Shown in pieces: positions 12,507 through 26,351 of a stretch of 64,000 nt of DNA; the first letter of the stretch is position 1; every line of letters begins with the position of its first letter. The notes beneath the pieces are model-generated. The model searched no databases. It was not told where the DNA came from and worked only from the letters and a program-made list of their open reading frames with translations. Origin of the DNA: an uncultured Pelagibacteraceae bacterium (GTDB lineage: Bacteria; Pseudomonadota; Alphaproteobacteria; Pelagibacterales; Pelagibacteraceae); the NCBI GenBank assembly GCA_902624635.1, contig CACNYD010000001.1, forward strand, positions 52,766 through 116,765. The letters run 5' to 3'. The position numbers and the translations under genes were made by a program.

Positions 12507-13064
12507 TTGAGCAAAGATACAGGATTTTCAATTTCATCAGCTGAAAGATATTCTCTCGCACTTTTCGAGCTTTCAGAAGAAAAAAATATATTAAATCAAA
12601 TAGAAGAACAATCTTTATCAATTTTAAATTTAATTAATCAAAGTAGAGACTTTTTTAATATAATTAAAGATCCAACTATTAGCCAAGATGATCTTTCAAA
12701 AGTGGTAAATAAATTGGCTGAAAATAATGGATTTGACGATTTATTTAAAAATTTTTTAAATTTTTTAATTCAAAAAAGACGTTTCTTTTTCATAGAACGA
12801 ATTCTTAAAAGTTTTATTGAAATTTGTTCCAAAAAAAGAGGTGAGCTTACTGCAGAATTAAAATCAGCAAAAAAATTATCGAGTGATGAAATTAAAAAGA
12901 TTACAGATGAGTTATCCACTAACTTTAGCTCAAAAATGAAATTAAACTACAAACATGATGAAAGTTTAATAGGAGGTCTGGTAATTCAAGTTGGGAGTAC
13001 TATGATTGATACCTCAATTAAAAATAAATTACAACAAATCGAAAATAGAATGGTAGAGGCATAA
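12507..13064 (+). CDS. atpH: ATP synthase F1 delta (TTG start)
   Basis: AERYSLALF, DESLIGGLVIQVGSTMIDTS; first gene of the F1 operon. Confidence 0.95.
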   Translation: MSKDTGFSISSAERYSLALFELSEEKNILNQIEEQSLSILNLINQSRDFFNIIKDPTISQDDLSKVVNKLAENNGFDDLFKNFLNFLIQKRRFFFIERILKSFIEICSKKRGELTAELKSAKKLSSDEIKKITDELSTNFSSKMKLNYKHDESLIGGLVIQVGSTMIDTSIKNKLQQIENRMVEA

Positions 13065-14600
13065 ATGGAAATTAATCCTTCAGAAGTTACAAAAATATTA
13101 AAAGAACAAATTAAAAATTTTGGTGAAAAAGCTGAGGTTGCAGAGGTAGGTCAGGTTTTATCAGTCGGAGATGGTATCGCAAGGATTTACGGTTTAGATA
13201 ATGTTCAAGCTGGTGAGATGGTAGAATTTTCTGATGGATCAAAAGGGATGGCTCTTAACTTAGAAAGTGAAAACGTTGGTGTTGTAATTTTTGGTGATGA
13301 CAGAAATGTTAAAGAAGGTGATGTAGTAAAACGTACAGGTAATATTGTTGATACTCCTGTTGGAAAGGAACTGTTAGGAAGAGTTGTGGATGGGTTAGGT
13401 AATCCAATTGATGGAAAGGGAGCATTTGATAAGAATATTAAAAAGACCAGAGTAGAGGTAAAAGCACCAGGAATTATTCCTCGCCAATCAGTTAATGAAC
13501 CAATGCAAACTGGACTAAAATCAATAGACAGCTTAGTTCCGATTGGAAGAGGCCAAAGAGAATTAATTATTGGCGACAGACAAACAGGTAAAACTGCAGT
13601 TGCTGTAGATGCAATTATTAACCAAAAAAAAATAAATGAGTCTGGTGATGAAAAACAAAAATTATATTGTATTTATGTTGCAGTTGGACAAAAAAGATCA
13701 ACAGTAAGACAAATTCAAAAAACATTGGAAGAAGCAGGTGCAATGGAGTACACAACTATTGTTGCTGCCACAGCATCTGATTCTGCACCATTACAATTTT
13801 TAGCTCCATATACAGGATGTGCTATGGGTGAGTATTTCAGAGATAATGGAATGCATGCACTAATTATCTATGATGATTTATCTAAACAGGCTGTTGCATA
13901 CAGACAGATGTCTTTATTGTTGAGAAGACCTCCAGGTCGTGAGGCTTATCCTGGGGATGTATTTTATCTACATAGTAGATTACTTGAGAGAGCTGCAAAA
14001 TTAAGTGATGAGCATGGTGGTGGATCATTAACAGCACTCCCAATTATTGAAACACAAGGAGGAGATGTTTCTGCATTTATTCCTACCAACGTAATTTCAA
14101 TTACTGACGGTCAAATATTTCTAGAGACAGAACTATTTAACCAAGGTATAAGACCAGCAATTAACGTTGGACTATCAGTATCTAGAGTTGGTTCATCGGC
14201 CCAAACAAAAGCTATGAAAAAAGTTTCGGGTTCGATGAAATTAGAATTAGCACAATACAGAGAGATGGCAGCATTTGCCCAATTCGGATCAGATTTGGAT
14301 GCATCTACACAACAACTTTTAAATAGAGGTTCAAAATTAACTGAACTTCTGAAACAAAAACAATACTCACCACTGACTGTTGCAGAGCAAGTAATATCTG
14401 TTTTCTGCGGTGTTAAAGGTTATCTTGATGATATTGATTTAAAGGATGTATCTGAGTTTGAAAGTAAAATTATTAATAAATGTAAATCAGATAAACCTGA
14501 GATAATTGAAGCAATTCAAAGCACAGGAAAACTTGATGAAGATAAAGAAAAGCTGCTAGTAGAAGTAATTACTCAGCTTAAAGAAAATTTTAAATCTTAA
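13065..14600 (+). CDS. atpA: ATP synthase F1 alpha
   Basis: [35 protein letters not shown]. Confidence 0.99.
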   Translation: MEINPSEVTKILKEQIKNFGEKAEVAEVGQVLSVGDGIARIYGLDNVQAGEMVEFSDGSKGMALNLESENVGVVIFGDDRNVKEGDVVKRTGNIVDTPVGKELLGRVVDGLGNPIDGKGAFDKNIKKTRVEVKAPGIIPRQSVNEPMQTGLKSIDSLVPIGRGQRELIIGDRQTGKTAVAVDAIINQKKINESGDEKQKLYCIYVAVGQKRSTVRQIQKTLEEAGAMEYTTIVAATASDSAPLQFLAPYTGCAMGEYFRDNGMHALIIYDDLSKQAVAYRQMSLLLRRPPGREAYPGDVFYLHSRLLERAAKLSDEHGGGSLTALPIIETQGGDVSAFIPTNVISITDGQIFLETELFNQGIRPAINVGLSVSRVGSSAQTKAMKKVSGSMKLELAQYREMAAFAQFGSDLDASTQQLLNRGSKLTELLKQKQYSPLTVAEQVISVFCGVKGYLDDIDLKDVSEFESKIINKCKSDKPEIIEAIQSTGKLDEDKEKLLVEVITQLKENFKS

Positions 14601-14606
14601 AATAAT

Positions 14607-16899
<2,293 letters not shown>

Positions 16900-16900
<1 letters not shown>

Positions 16901-17292
16901 TGAGTGAAGAATTTAAAATTGAGATTGTAAATCCAGAAAAATCTTTTTTAGTTAAGGAGGATGCTTTAGAGGTTGTTGTACCTGCATTTGAGGGTGAAAT
17001 GGGGATTTTAAAAGATCACATATCTATTATTTCTTTTTTAAAACCTGGAATAATTAAAGTATTTTCGAAATCAGGTGATGAAAATTATTATGTAGAAGAT
17101 GGAATTATCGAATTTAAAAATAACAATTTATCTATTTTAACAAGTACAATATTTTCTGTTAAAGATTTAGATAAATCTAAGCAAGGGGATTTACTTAAAA
17201 ATGCTGAAGAGGAAGCAAGTAAAACTGAGATAAGCGATCAGGCTAAATATTTAGCAGATCAAAAAGTCGAAGTACTAAGATCGATTAACTAA
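16900..17292 (+). CDS. atpC: ATP synthase F1 epsilon
   Basis: EIVNPE, EGEMGILKDH, LKPG; last gene of the F1 operon. Confidence 0.93.
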
Positions 17293-17760
17293 TAGTAAAT
17301 CTAATTTTTTTTTAATCTCTTGATAAACGTGTAATTTAAAATCTACTACAACTTTTGTTAAGGACTCTAAATCAATCCATTTCCATTCAAGAAATTCTGG
17401 TTTTTTTGTTTTTATATTTATTTCACTATCTTCACCAGTAAACTTCATTATAAACCATTTCTGTTTTTGTCCCTTATACTTACCCTTCCAAATTATGCCC
17501 AATAAGTGATCTGGTAATTCATATGTTATAAAACCATCTAATTCTTTAATTAGCTCTACTTTTGTAATACTAGTCTCTTCTTCCAACTCCCTGTATGCAG
17601 CTGAAAGAAAATCCTCACCCACATCAATACCTCCTTGTGGCATTTGCCAGAAATTTTTTGGATTGTCTATTCTTCTTGCAACAAAAATTTTATTTTTTTG
17701 ATTTAGAACAACAATGCCTACGCCACTACGTAGTGGTAGATGTTTATATTGCTCCTTCAT
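17275..17760 (-). CDS. rppH: RNA pyrophosphohydrolase
   Basis: WQMPQGGID, Nudix box RELEEET, YKGQKQKWF, VVDFK. Confidence 0.93.
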   Translation of the reverse strand: MKEQYKHLPLRSGVGIVVLNQKNKIFVARRIDNPKNFWQMPQGGIDVGEDFLSAAYRELEEETSITKVELIKELDGFITYELPDHLLGIIWKGKYKGQKQKWFIMKFTGEDSEINIKTKKPEFLEWKWIDLESLTKVVVDFKLHVYQEIKKKLDLLLVNRS

Positions 17761-18900
17761 TTAACCGTTTAAAAGTTTTAATGCGTAACTTAGTTGATTA
17801 TCAGTATCAGTCTTAATTCTAAATTCATCTGTATCCTCATTAATTTCAATATCAGGACTTACTCCAACTTCAGAAATTGATTTACCTGATGGTAGGTAAT
17901 ATTTTGCAACAGTGAGTCTTATTGCTCCTTTATTTTTTAGTGGAATTATTGATTGCACAGAACCTTTTCCATAACTATTTTCACCTAAAATAATTGCTCT
18001 TTTATGATCTTGAAGTGCCCCTGCAACTATTTCTGAAGCAGATGCAGAACCATAATTAATTAATACCATTAGAGTTTTGCCCCTTATCAAGTCTCCTTTT
18101 TTTGCAAACCATTTTCTATTTTCAGAAACCTTTCTACTTTTGGTAGATACAATTTCCCCATTATCTAAAAAAAAATCTGATATTTTTATAGCTTGAGATA
18201 ATAATCCACCAGGATTATTCCTCAAATCTAGTATATATGAATTTATATTCTCATTTTTTTCAAATTCACGTATATGTTTTTTAATTTGTTTTCCGCTATT
18301 TTCATTAAAAGAAGTTAATCTAAGATAACCAATATTATTTTTTAAAAGATCAGCTTTAACTGATTTAATTTGAATTATTTCTCTTACAATTTCAAACTTT
18401 AAAGCTTTTTTTTGTCCGATCCTTCTCACAGTCAAAATAATTGATGAACCCACAGGTCCCCTCATCAAGTCTACAGCTTCACTTAAAGATTTACCTTGTA
18501 CTTGGACATCATCTATTTTTATAATGTAGTCACCAGCTTTGATTCCGGCTTTAGATGCAGGAGTATCATCCATGGGGGAAATTACTTTTACAACTCCAGA
18601 CTCCATATTTACCTCTATTCCTAAGCCACCAAACTCACCACTTGTTTCAGTCTGCATTTGGTTAAAAGTTTCGGGAGACATGTATGCTGAATAAGGATCT
18701 AATGATTGGAGCAAACCATCGATTGCAGCATCCATACTTTCAGATTGATTTACTTCATCCACATATTCTCTATTAATTTTTTCTAATACTTCTCCAAATA
18801 AATCTATTTTTTTATAGACATCATTTTCAGCTGCAATTACAGGATTAAAAATTGAAAACTTTAGAAAAAATATACTTATAATAAAAAAAATTTTCCTCAT
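17761..18900 (-). CDS. ctpA: Carboxy-terminal processing protease, S41 family (start moved to ATG 18900)
   Basis: Signal peptide MRKIFFII..., LDPYS, PDZ domain, DLRNNPGG, SASASEI, GKGSVQ. Confidence 0.92.
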   Translation of the reverse strand: MRKIFFIISIFFLKFSIFNPVIAAENDVYKKIDLFGEVLEKINREYVDEVNQSESMDAAIDGLLQSLDPYSAYMSPETFNQMQTETSGEFGGLGIEVNMESGVVKVISPMDDTPASKAGIKAGDYIIKIDDVQVQGKSLSEAVDLMRGPVGSSIILTVRRIGQKKALKFEIVREIIQIKSVKADLLKNNIGYLRLTSFNENSGKQIKKHIREFEKNENINSYILDLRNNPGGLLSQAIKISDFFLDNGEIVSTKSRKVSENRKWFAKKGDLIRGKTLMVLINYGSASASEIVAGALQDHKRAIILGENSYGKGSVQSIIPLKNKGAIRLTVAKYYLPSGKSISEVGVSPDIEINEDTDEFRIKTDTDNQLSYALKLLNG

Positions 18901-19247
18901 ATTATAAGTTTTTCTTTTGGGATAAATTCTGACCACATTTTTTCTAGTTCGTAAAATTTTCTTTTTTCTGGATGAAATATGTGTACTATAAGATCTATCC
19001 CATCCACCAGTTTCCACTCAGTACTTTCTTTTCCCTCGATTTTTGAATCTTTCATTCCATAATCTTTGAATTTTTCCAAAACTTGCTCAGAAAGTGATTG
19101 GATATGTCTTGATGATGTACCACTCGCAATTATCATGTATTCAGCCATCGAACTTTTATCTTTAAGATCGATGCTAACAATGTCTAAAGCTTTATTGATA
19201 TCTAAAGTTTGAATTATGATTTTTTTTAAATCAGAAATTTTGTCCAT
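18897..19247 (-). CDS. rsfS: Ribosome silencing factor (Iojap)
   Basis: KALDIVSIDL, IIASGTSSRH, WKLVD, VHIF...RKFYELEKMW. Confidence 0.94.
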   Translation of the reverse strand: MDKISDLKKIIIQTLDINKALDIVSIDLKDKSSMAEYMIIASGTSSRHIQSLSEQVLEKFKDYGMKDSKIEGKESTEWKLVDGIDLIVHIFHPEKRKFYELEKMWSEFIPKEKLII

Positions 19248-19264
19248 TAATTAACTAAACCATA

Positions 19265-19807
19265 TCAAATTTTTCTCAATTGAGAAGAAGAAATATTGAC
19301 CTTTTCAAATTCAATAAATTTCAAATTTTCTCTATTTAATCTTTTATATGTAGTTGAATTTAACGATTTTTTTTTATAACCATGCCTATCAAATACTATT
19401 ATTTTACATTTCTGTGAAATTAATTTCCATTTATACCATTTATGAAATTTTATTAAATTATCAGCCCCCATTATAAAATAAATTTTGTTTTTTTTGTTCT
19501 TTAAAATATGATTTATTAAATCAAAAGTTTTATTCGATTTAATTGTGTCTTCATAAAATTTTACTTTAATCAATTTACTTGACCCAATAATTTTTTTGCA
19601 ATGCTTGATTCTATTATTCAAACTTTTATGTGTCTTTTTTTTAAAAGGATTTTTTTTAGTTATTGCCCAAATAACATTTCGTAAATCAAATCTTTTAATC
19701 GCCTCTTTAGAGATTGTTAAATGACCTTTGTGTGCAGGATCGAAGGATCCACCTAGGATCCCAATTTTATTTCTTTTTGTAACCAATTTACTTTCTAATT
19801 TTACCAT
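19265..19807 (-). CDS. nadD: Nicotinate-nucleotide adenylyltransferase
   Basis: GGSFDPAHKGH, IMGADN, W..W, ISSS; proA-nadD-rsfS synteny. Confidence 0.92.
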   Translation of the reverse strand: MVKLESKLVTKRNKIGILGGSFDPAHKGHLTISKEAIKRFDLRNVIWAITKKNPFKKKTHKSLNNRIKHCKKIIGSSKLIKVKFYEDTIKSNKTFDLINHILKNKKNKIYFIMGADNLIKFHKWYKWKLISQKCKIIVFDRHGYKKKSLNSTTYKRLNRENLKFIEFEKVNISSSQLRKI

Positions 19808-21038
19808 TACTTGTTACTTGATATTTGTAGGAAACTAGTTGTCCAAGTCCCACCGGGCCTCTTGGTGGAAGAACGCTTGTTGAAATTCCAACTTCACCAC
19901 CAAATCCAAATTCACCACCATCTGCAAATTGTGTAGATGTATTGTGCATTGCTATTGAACTTTTAACTCCCATTAAAAATTTTTTAGCAGTTTTTTTGTT
20001 TTTAGTAATAATACAATCAGTATGCATAGTTCCATACTTATTAATATGAGAAATAGCCTCTTGTAAGTTTTTGACTGATTTTACAGAAACGCTAGCAGAT
20101 AAATATTCTTTTGACCAATCTTTGATTGATGCTTTTCTGATTTTACCTTTATAAATTTTTCGTATTTTATTATCACCAATAATTTGACAACCTTTTTCTT
20201 CTAATATCTTTAATATATGAGCTCCAAACTTTTTGACTATACGCTCATTAAGCAAAATTGTTTCAGTTGCTCCACAAATCGCTGTATTTCTTAATTTTGC
20301 ATTTACTATTACTTTGGTAGCAATTTTGGGATCTGCATCCTTATCTACATATGAATGACAAATACCTTCTAAGTGACCAATAGTTGGAATTTTAGAAATG
20401 TTTTGTACTTTTTTAACTAAATTTCTACCCCCTCTTGGTATAATTACATCAACAAAATTATTCATTTTAGTGAGTAAAAAATCTACCACTTTTCTATTCT
20501 TTATATCGATGAATTGAACAAAGTTTTGATTAACTTTATTAATCTTCAAAGCTTTTCTAAATAAATTTGATAAAATTTTATTAGAATAAAGGGCCTCAGA
20601 ACCACCTTTCAAAATGACCGGATTTCCAGATTTAAAACATAATGATGCTACATCTGAGGTTACATTTGGTCTACTTTCATAAATTACACCTATTACTCCT
20701 ATCGGGATTGATATTTTTGAAAATACAAGTCCATTAGGTCTTTTCCATCTTTTAATAATATTATGAACTGGATCCTTTAACTTAATTATTTTTTGGATTG
20801 AATTAATAATACCCAAGATTTTTTTTTCATTTAAAATTAGTCGATTTATTAAATTATCTCTCAGCTTAATTTTGATAGCCCGATCTACATCTTTTTTATT
20901 TTCTTTAAGAATTAAGTGCTTATTTTTTTTTATCATTTTAAGATAATCACTTAAAACTTTATTTTTTTTATAAGTATTTATTGGTTGAGCAAACGCTTCT
21001 TTTGATCTTTCTCCAATATTAATTAATATCTTTCTCAT
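19788..21038 (-). CDS. proA: Gamma-glutamyl phosphate reductase
   Basis: IYESRPNVT, PRGG, CGATET, NTSTQFADGGEFGFGGEVGIST, RGPVGL. Confidence 0.96.
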   Translation of the reverse strand: MRKILINIGERSKEAFAQPINTYKKNKVLSDYLKMIKKNKHLILKENKKDVDRAIKIKLRDNLINRLILNEKKILGIINSIQKIIKLKDPVHNIIKRWKRPNGLVFSKISIPIGVIGVIYESRPNVTSDVASLCFKSGNPVILKGGSEALYSNKILSNLFRKALKINKVNQNFVQFIDIKNRKVVDFLLTKMNNFVDVIIPRGGRNLVKKVQNISKIPTIGHLEGICHSYVDKDADPKIATKVIVNAKLRNTAICGATETILLNERIVKKFGAHILKILEEKGCQIIGDNKIRKIYKGKIRKASIKDWSKEYLSASVSVKSVKNLQEAISHINKYGTMHTDCIITKNKKTAKKFLMGVKSSIAMHNTSTQFADGGEFGFGGEVGISTSVLPPRGPVGLGQLVSYKYQVTSNGKIRK

Positions 21039-22144
21039 TAGATTTCCACCATATCATCTTTATGTACTACCTCAGATTTTGACACGTATCCTAAAATTTT
21101 TTGTATTTCATTCGAATGACAGCCCATAATTAAATTTATTTCTTTGGATGAAAAAGAGCTAAGTCCACGAGCAAACTCTTTTTTTTTATTATCTAAAATT
21201 TTAATATGATCTCCCTTATTAAATCTACCGACCACTTTTTTAATTCCAGCCGCTAATAAACTTTTTCCACTATGAAGAGCCTTTTTTGCCCCATCATCAA
21301 TTATAAGCTCACCCTTAGGAGAAATTGAGCTGATTATCCACTTTTTTCTTGCATGCATTTTAGATATTTTAGAAATAAACCAAGTGCAATTATTTTCATT
21401 CTGGATACGATCGATAGGATTAAGACCTAACCCATTTGCTATTACCATATTGCAACCAGCCAAATTACAAATTTTAGCAGCTTCGATTTTTGTATTCATG
21501 CCACCACTTCCTAATTCTGTCATACCTTTAATATTTATACCTTTAATAACTTTATCTAAATCAATCACTTTCTTAATTAATCGAGCATCTTTGAATTTTT
21601 TTGGGTTTTTTGTGTATAAACCATCCACATCCGAGAGTAATATTAAGGTATCTGCATTTGTAATTTGAGCTACTCTAGAAGCAAGTCTATCATTATCTCC
21701 ATATTTAATTTCAGATGTAGCAATAGTATCATTTTCATTAACAATAGGGATGAAATCAAGATCGAATAAGTTTTCAAAAGTTCTTTTTGCATTAATTGAT
21801 CTTCTTCTCTCCTCGGTATCATCAAGGGTAAGTAAAATTTGAGAAATATCTAATTTATATTTTGAAAACGTTTCTAAGAATAAATTCATCAATTCAATTT
21901 GTCCTATAGATGCAATTGCTTGGCTTTTATCTAGCTTAAGATTTTTTTTATTGTAGTTCATTTTTTTACATCCAAGGGCTATTGCACCCGAAGAAACAAT
22001 TATAACTTTTTGATTATTCGATCTTAATTTTTTAATATCTTTTGCAAAGCTAGAGAGCCATTTTTTTCTTATTTTCTTATCTTGATCAACTAAAAGTGAA
22101 GACCCGATTTTGATAACAATTTTTTTTGAATCTTTAAAATACAT
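21038..22144 (-). CDS. proB: Glutamate 5-kinase with PUA domain
   Basis: [38 protein letters not shown]. Confidence 0.96.
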   Translation of the reverse strand: MYFKDSKKIVIKIGSSLLVDQDKKIRKKWLSSFAKDIKKLRSNNQKVIIVSSGAIALGCKKMNYNKKNLKLDKSQAIASIGQIELMNLFLETFSKYKLDISQILLTLDDTEERRRSINAKRTFENLFDLDFIPIVNENDTIATSEIKYGDNDRLASRVAQITNADTLILLSDVDGLYTKNPKKFKDARLIKKVIDLDKVIKGINIKGMTELGSGGMNTKIEAAKICNLAGCNMVIANGLGLNPIDRIQNENNCTWFISKISKMHARKKWIISSISPKGELIIDDGAKKALHSGKSLLAAGIKKVVGRFNKGDHIKILDNKKKEFARGLSSFSSKEINLIMGCHSNEIQKILGYVSKSEVVHKDDMVEI

Positions 22145-23117
22145 AATTCAATAATTTTGATTTAATTTTTGATACTGAAGATTTATTAAATGTTGATACA
22201 GCAATAACTTCTGATTTAGTATTCTTTTTAAAATCGTTAATTATGTGATTGACTTCTTTTTCATCAATAAGATCTATTTTGTTCAACACGATTAATTCTT
22301 TTTTCTTAATGAGTTTGTTACTATATTTTTTAAGCTCATTTTTTACTTGTTGATAGTTTTTTTTTAAATCTTCACTTGTGATATCAATTAAATGTAAGAG
22401 GGATTTACATCTCTCAATATGTTTCAAAAACTGAATTCCAAGGCCTGTACCTTTATGAGCCCCTTCTACTAATCCCGGTATATCTGCTATCGTAATTTCT
22501 TTATCATCATAACTTGCTACACCCAAATTTGGATTTATAGTTGTAAATTGATAGTTTGCTATTTTAGGATTTGCGTTAGTAACTGATGCTAATAAACTTG
22601 ACTTACCCGCATTAGGTAATCCTATAATCCCGATATCAGCTATTGTTTTCAATTGAAGCCAAATTGTAAATTCTTCTCCTTGAGTTCCTTTTGTAAATTT
22701 CCTGGGCGCCCTATTGGTAGAACTTTTGAATCTTGTATTGCCCAATCCACCTTTACCACCAGCAGCAGCAATAAATTCCTCACTTATGTTGGTAAAGTCG
22801 TAAATTAATGTTTTGTTGTCCTCTTCAAAAACTTGCGTTCCCAAAGGAACCTTTAAAATTAAATCTGCACCACTCTTACCAGTTCGGTTTTGTCCCGCGC
22901 CGTTCTCACCCTTCTTTGCTTTATGATGTTGTTGATATCTAAAATCAATCAAAGTATTTAAATTCTGTTCAGCTTTTAAAATTACCGAACCTCCTTTTCC
23001 ACCATCACCACCATCTGGGCCACCATATTCTATAAATTTTTCTCTTCTGAAACTGGGAGAACCATCTCCACCGTTTCCAGCTTTAATATAAATTTTAACT
23101 TGATCTAAGAATTTCAT
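22134..23117 (-). CDS. obgE: GTPase Obg/CgtA
   Basis: Gly-rich Obg fold, [21 protein letters not shown]. Confidence 0.97.
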   Translation of the reverse strand: MKFLDQVKIYIKAGNGGDGSPSFRREKFIEYGGPDGGDGGKGGSVILKAEQNLNTLIDFRYQQHHKAKKGENGAGQNRTGKSGADLILKVPLGTQVFEEDNKTLIYDFTNISEEFIAAAGGKGGLGNTRFKSSTNRAPRKFTKGTQGEEFTIWLQLKTIADIGIIGLPNAGKSSLLASVTNANPKIANYQFTTINPNLGVASYDDKEITIADIPGLVEGAHKGTGLGIQFLKHIERCKSLLHLIDITSEDLKKNYQQVKNELKKYSNKLIKKKELIVLNKIDLIDEKEVNHIINDFKKNTKSEVIAVSTFNKSSVSKIKSKLLNYVF

Positions 23118-23144
23118 AATACAACAATAGTTTAAGTTGTACTA

Positions 23145-23399
23145 TTAATTGGGTTTTACTGAAACAAAAGTTCTATCTGACTTTGTTTTTTTAAAAACTA
23201 CTTTACCTTTTATTACTGAAAAAATTGAGTGATCTTTACCCATTCCTACATTTTCTCCAGGAAATATTTTTGTACCCCTTTGTCTTACAATAATGTTTCC
23301 AGGTATAACAGATTGTCCACCATACTTTTTGACACCAAGTCTTCGTCCAGCACTATCACGTCCATTTCTAGAGGATCCGCCTGCTTTTTTTGTTGCCAT
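23145..23399 (-). CDS. rpmA: 50S ribosomal protein L27
   Basis: [29 protein letters not shown]. Confidence 0.98.
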   Translation of the reverse strand: MATKKAGGSSRNGRDSAGRRLGVKKYGGQSVIPGNIIVRQRGTKIFPGENVGMGKDHSIFSVIKGKVVFKKTKSDRTFVSVKPN

Positions 23400-23412
23400 A
23401 ATTAATTCCTAG

Positions 23413-23811
23413 TTATTTACCAGCCTCTTTTTTTGTTTCTGTCTTTTTTGTTACCTTAGAAACTTTTTCAGCCTCTGAAAGAACTTTACCATCTTTTGAA
23501 AAAATTTTATTTATTCTAATCATTGAATATTCTTGTCTATGCCCATTTTTTCTTCTTGAATTATGTCTTCTTCTCTTTTTAAAAATTAACACAGTCCTAT
23601 TTTTACTATTCTTAATTAAGTCAGCTTCAACTTTTGCACCATTTACCATAGGGGCTCCTACTTCTATTTTACTGTCATCTCCGTAAGCTAAAATTTCATT
23701 AAACTCTATTTTTGAATTAGCTTTAGCATCTGTTAATTTCTCAATTTTCAAAATCTCTCCAGATTTGACTTTGTATTGCTTACCACCTGTTTTTATGACT
23801 GCGAATGACAT
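23413..23811 (-). CDS. rplU: 50S ribosomal protein L21 with Lys-rich C-terminal tail
   Basis: FAVIKTGGKQYKV, FKKRRR...GHRQ. Confidence 0.98.
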   Translation of the reverse strand: MSFAVIKTGGKQYKVKSGEILKIEKLTDAKANSKIEFNEILAYGDDSKIEVGAPMVNGAKVEADLIKNSKNRTVLIFKKRRRHNSRRKNGHRQEYSMIRINKIFSKDGKVLSEAEKVSKVTKKTETKKEAGK

Positions 23812-23837
23812 ATAAATACTCTAAATTTTGTTAAGGC

Positions 23838-23865
23838 AATATAGTCTGAGCAAACCTATAGTCAA
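23838..23865 (-). promoter_or_regulatory. Probable sigma70 promoter of rplU-rpmA-obg
   Basis: Minus strand TTGACT, 16 bp, TATATT; 26 nt upstream of the rplU ATG. Confidence 0.5.
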
Positions 23866-23875
23866 GTTTTATAAA

Positions 23876-24595
23876 TCAAAAATTATCCTTTAAAACTCTT
23901 AATTTTGAAAAACTTTCAACATCTTTAGCTTTAAGAAATATATTACATTCTATTTCATCAGATAAAATGGATGGGATAGTAGGTTGGCCATTTTTAATTT
24001 TTTCTTTAATTTTTTCAATTTTAATCTTTAAATTTAAATTATCAGGATCGTTTGACTCACAAAATTTAGAATTTTGTAATGTATATTCATGGCCGCAATA
24101 TATTTGAGTATCTTCTGGAAGTTCTTTTATTTTTTTTAGTGAATTGAACATCTGTTCATAAGTTCCCTCAAAAATTCTACCACATCCTAAGGAAAATAAA
24201 GTATCACCAGTAAAAATTTTTTTTTCCAAAAAAAAATGAAAGGCAATATGTCCACTTGTATGACCTGGTATGTGATAAATTTTCGCCTCAAAATTTTCAC
24301 CTTTCCATTTTTGATTGTCTTCCACAAGCACATCAACTTCTGGAATACGATCTTTATCCTCTTTAAATCCAACTATTTTAGAATTATATCTTTTTTTTAA
24401 TTCCAAGTTGCCGCCTACATGGTCATAATGATGATGAGTATTAAGAATATATTTTAACTCAATATTATTACTTTCAACATATTTTATAATTGGAGCTGCC
24501 TCACCAGGGTCAACAACACATCCAATACTTTTAGTGTCATCGATTATTAAGTAACTATAATTATCTTGTAAACACTTAATTATTTTTATTCTCAT
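23876..24595 (-). CDS. gloB: Hydroxyacylglutathione hydrolase (glyoxalase II); start likely ATG 24595
   Basis: DNYSY, THHHYDHVGG, PGHTSGH, GDTLFSLGCGR, CGHEYT. Confidence 0.95.
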   Translation of the reverse strand: MRIKIIKCLQDNYSYLIIDDTKSIGCVVDPGEAAPIIKYVESNNIELKYILNTHHHYDHVGGNLELKKRYNSKIVGFKEDKDRIPEVDVLVEDNQKWKGENFEAKIYHIPGHTSGHIAFHFFLEKKIFTGDTLFSLGCGRIFEGTYEQMFNSLKKIKELPEDTQIYCGHEYTLQNSKFCESNDPDNLNLKIKIEKIKEKIKNGQPTIPSILSDEIECNIFLKAKDVESFSKLRVLKDNF

Positions 24596-24596
24596 C

Positions 24597-25193
24597 TTAT
24601 TTTTCAATTAAGAATATACCTAATTCTGCAAATAAATTTTTATAAAATAAATTAGAACTATTAATATTAGATATATTTTTATTAGTCAGAGCTAAAGATT
24701 TAAAGATTTTAAAGTTTATAATTTTTGAAAATTTAACAAAATCTTTAATCGTACACATATGAATATTTGGGGTGTTATACCAATCATTTGGTAATGATTC
24801 TGTGATTGGCATTGTTCCTTTGACAAGCAAATTTAATCTTACTTTCCAATTACCAAAATTTGGGATTGTTATGATTGCTTTCTTTCCAACTCTTAATAGT
24901 TCTTTTATAACAATTTCAGGATTTACGAAAGCTTGTAAAGTTTGACCTAGGACAACATAATCAAAAGAATCATTTGGAAATTGTTTTAAATCCAATTCCG
25001 CGTTTCCTTCAATTACAGTAAGTCCTTTTGATACGCAGGTTTGGACTTTATCTTTTGAAATCTCAATTCCTCTAGCATCAACATTTTTATTTTTTTTTAA
25101 TGACTCCATTAATGTGCCATCATCGCATCCAACATCTAAAACTCTTGTTTTTTCTTCTATTAAATCAACTATTATTTTATATTCTGTTTTCAC
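24597..25193 (-). CDS. metW: Methionine biosynthesis protein MetW (GTG start overlapping the metX stop)
   Basis: VLDVGCDDG, QTLQA, PNFGNW, WYNTPNIHMCT; directly after metX. Confidence 0.92.
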   Translation of the reverse strand: MKTEYKIIVDLIEEKTRVLDVGCDDGTLMESLKKNKNVDARGIEISKDKVQTCVSKGLTVIEGNAELDLKQFPNDSFDYVVLGQTLQAFVNPEIVIKELLRVGKKAIITIPNFGNWKVRLNLLVKGTMPITESLPNDWYNTPNIHMCTIKDFVKFSKIINFKIFKSLALTNKNISNINSSNLFYKNLFAELGIFLIEK

Positions 25194-26314
25194 TATAATC
25201 TCTCTGAGTAAGACTTATCTAAAAAATTTTTAAGGGTTTTCAAAAAGTCTGGAACATCTAATAAAAAAGAATCATGACCTTTGTCAGATTTTATTTCAAC
25301 AAATCCAACATCAGCACCAATTGCATTAAGAGCGATAACTATATCTTTATTTTCTTGAGTTGGATAGAGCCAGTCTGAGGTGAAAGATATTACAAAAAAC
25401 TTAGCCTTAGTTTTTTTAAATGCATTAGATAAATTACCATCAAATTGTTTAACTAGATCAAAATAATCCATAGCTCTTGTGATATAAAGATAACTATTAG
25501 CATCAAATCGATCTACAAAAACTGATCCTTGATATCTTAGATAACTCTCTATTTGAAAATCTGCATCAAATCCAAATTTAAGAGCATCTCTTTCTTGAAG
25601 TTTTCTTCCAAATTTTTCTTGTAAACCTTTTTTAGACAAATAAGTTATATGAGCAGCCATTCTCGCTACTGATAACCCTTTATCAGGAAGAGTATTATTA
25701 GATAAATATTTTCCTTCTGACCAATTATGATCTGATGCTATCGCTTGTCTACCCAACTCATTAAAAGCAATATTTTGAGCAGAATGACTAGAGGTACATG
25801 CAATTGGTACTACTGTACTAGCTTTATCCGGATAATTACTAATAAATTGCAAAACTTGCATTCCTCCCATCGATCCACCAACAACCGAAAAAAGTTTTTT
25901 TATCTCGAAATGATCTAATAAATTTACTTGTGCGTTGACCATGTCATTAATAGTAATTACAGGAAAATCAGTTCCATAAATTTTATTTGTATCAGGATTT
26001 TTGTGGCTTGGACCAAATGAGCCCATACAACCACCTATAACATTTGCGCAAATAACAAAATATTTATTTGTATCTATTGATTTGTTAGGACCCACTGCGT
26101 AAGACCACCAACCATCTTTTTTTGTGACAGGATTAATACCCGTAACAAATTGATCACCAGTAAGCGCATGAAAAACAAGGATTGCATTATCTTTATTTTT
26201 ATTAAGCGAACCATAGGTTTCATATGCGAGTGGAAAATTATTAATAGTTTTACCACAATCAAGTTTCAATGGTTTTTTAATAACAAGCGTTTTTATATTC
26301 TCTTTAATATTCAT
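25193..26314 (-). CDS. metX: Homoserine O-acyltransferase MetX
   Basis: HALTG, NVIGGCMGS, GGSMGG, RFDANSY, SDWLY, GHDSFL. Confidence 0.96.
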   Translation of the reverse strand: MNIKENIKTLVIKKPLKLDCGKTINNFPLAYETYGSLNKNKDNAILVFHALTGDQFVTGINPVTKKDGWWSYAVGPNKSIDTNKYFVICANVIGGCMGSFGPSHKNPDTNKIYGTDFPVITINDMVNAQVNLLDHFEIKKLFSVVGGSMGGMQVLQFISNYPDKASTVVPIACTSSHSAQNIAFNELGRQAIASDHNWSEGKYLSNNTLPDKGLSVARMAAHITYLSKKGLQEKFGRKLQERDALKFGFDADFQIESYLRYQGSVFVDRFDANSYLYITRAMDYFDLVKQFDGNLSNAFKKTKAKFFVISFTSDWLYPTQENKDIVIALNAIGADVGFVEIKSDKGHDSFLLDVPDFLKTLKNFLDKSYSERL

Positions 26315-26351
26315 AATTATTAATGCTAATTATTGAATTGTGAGAAAAAAA

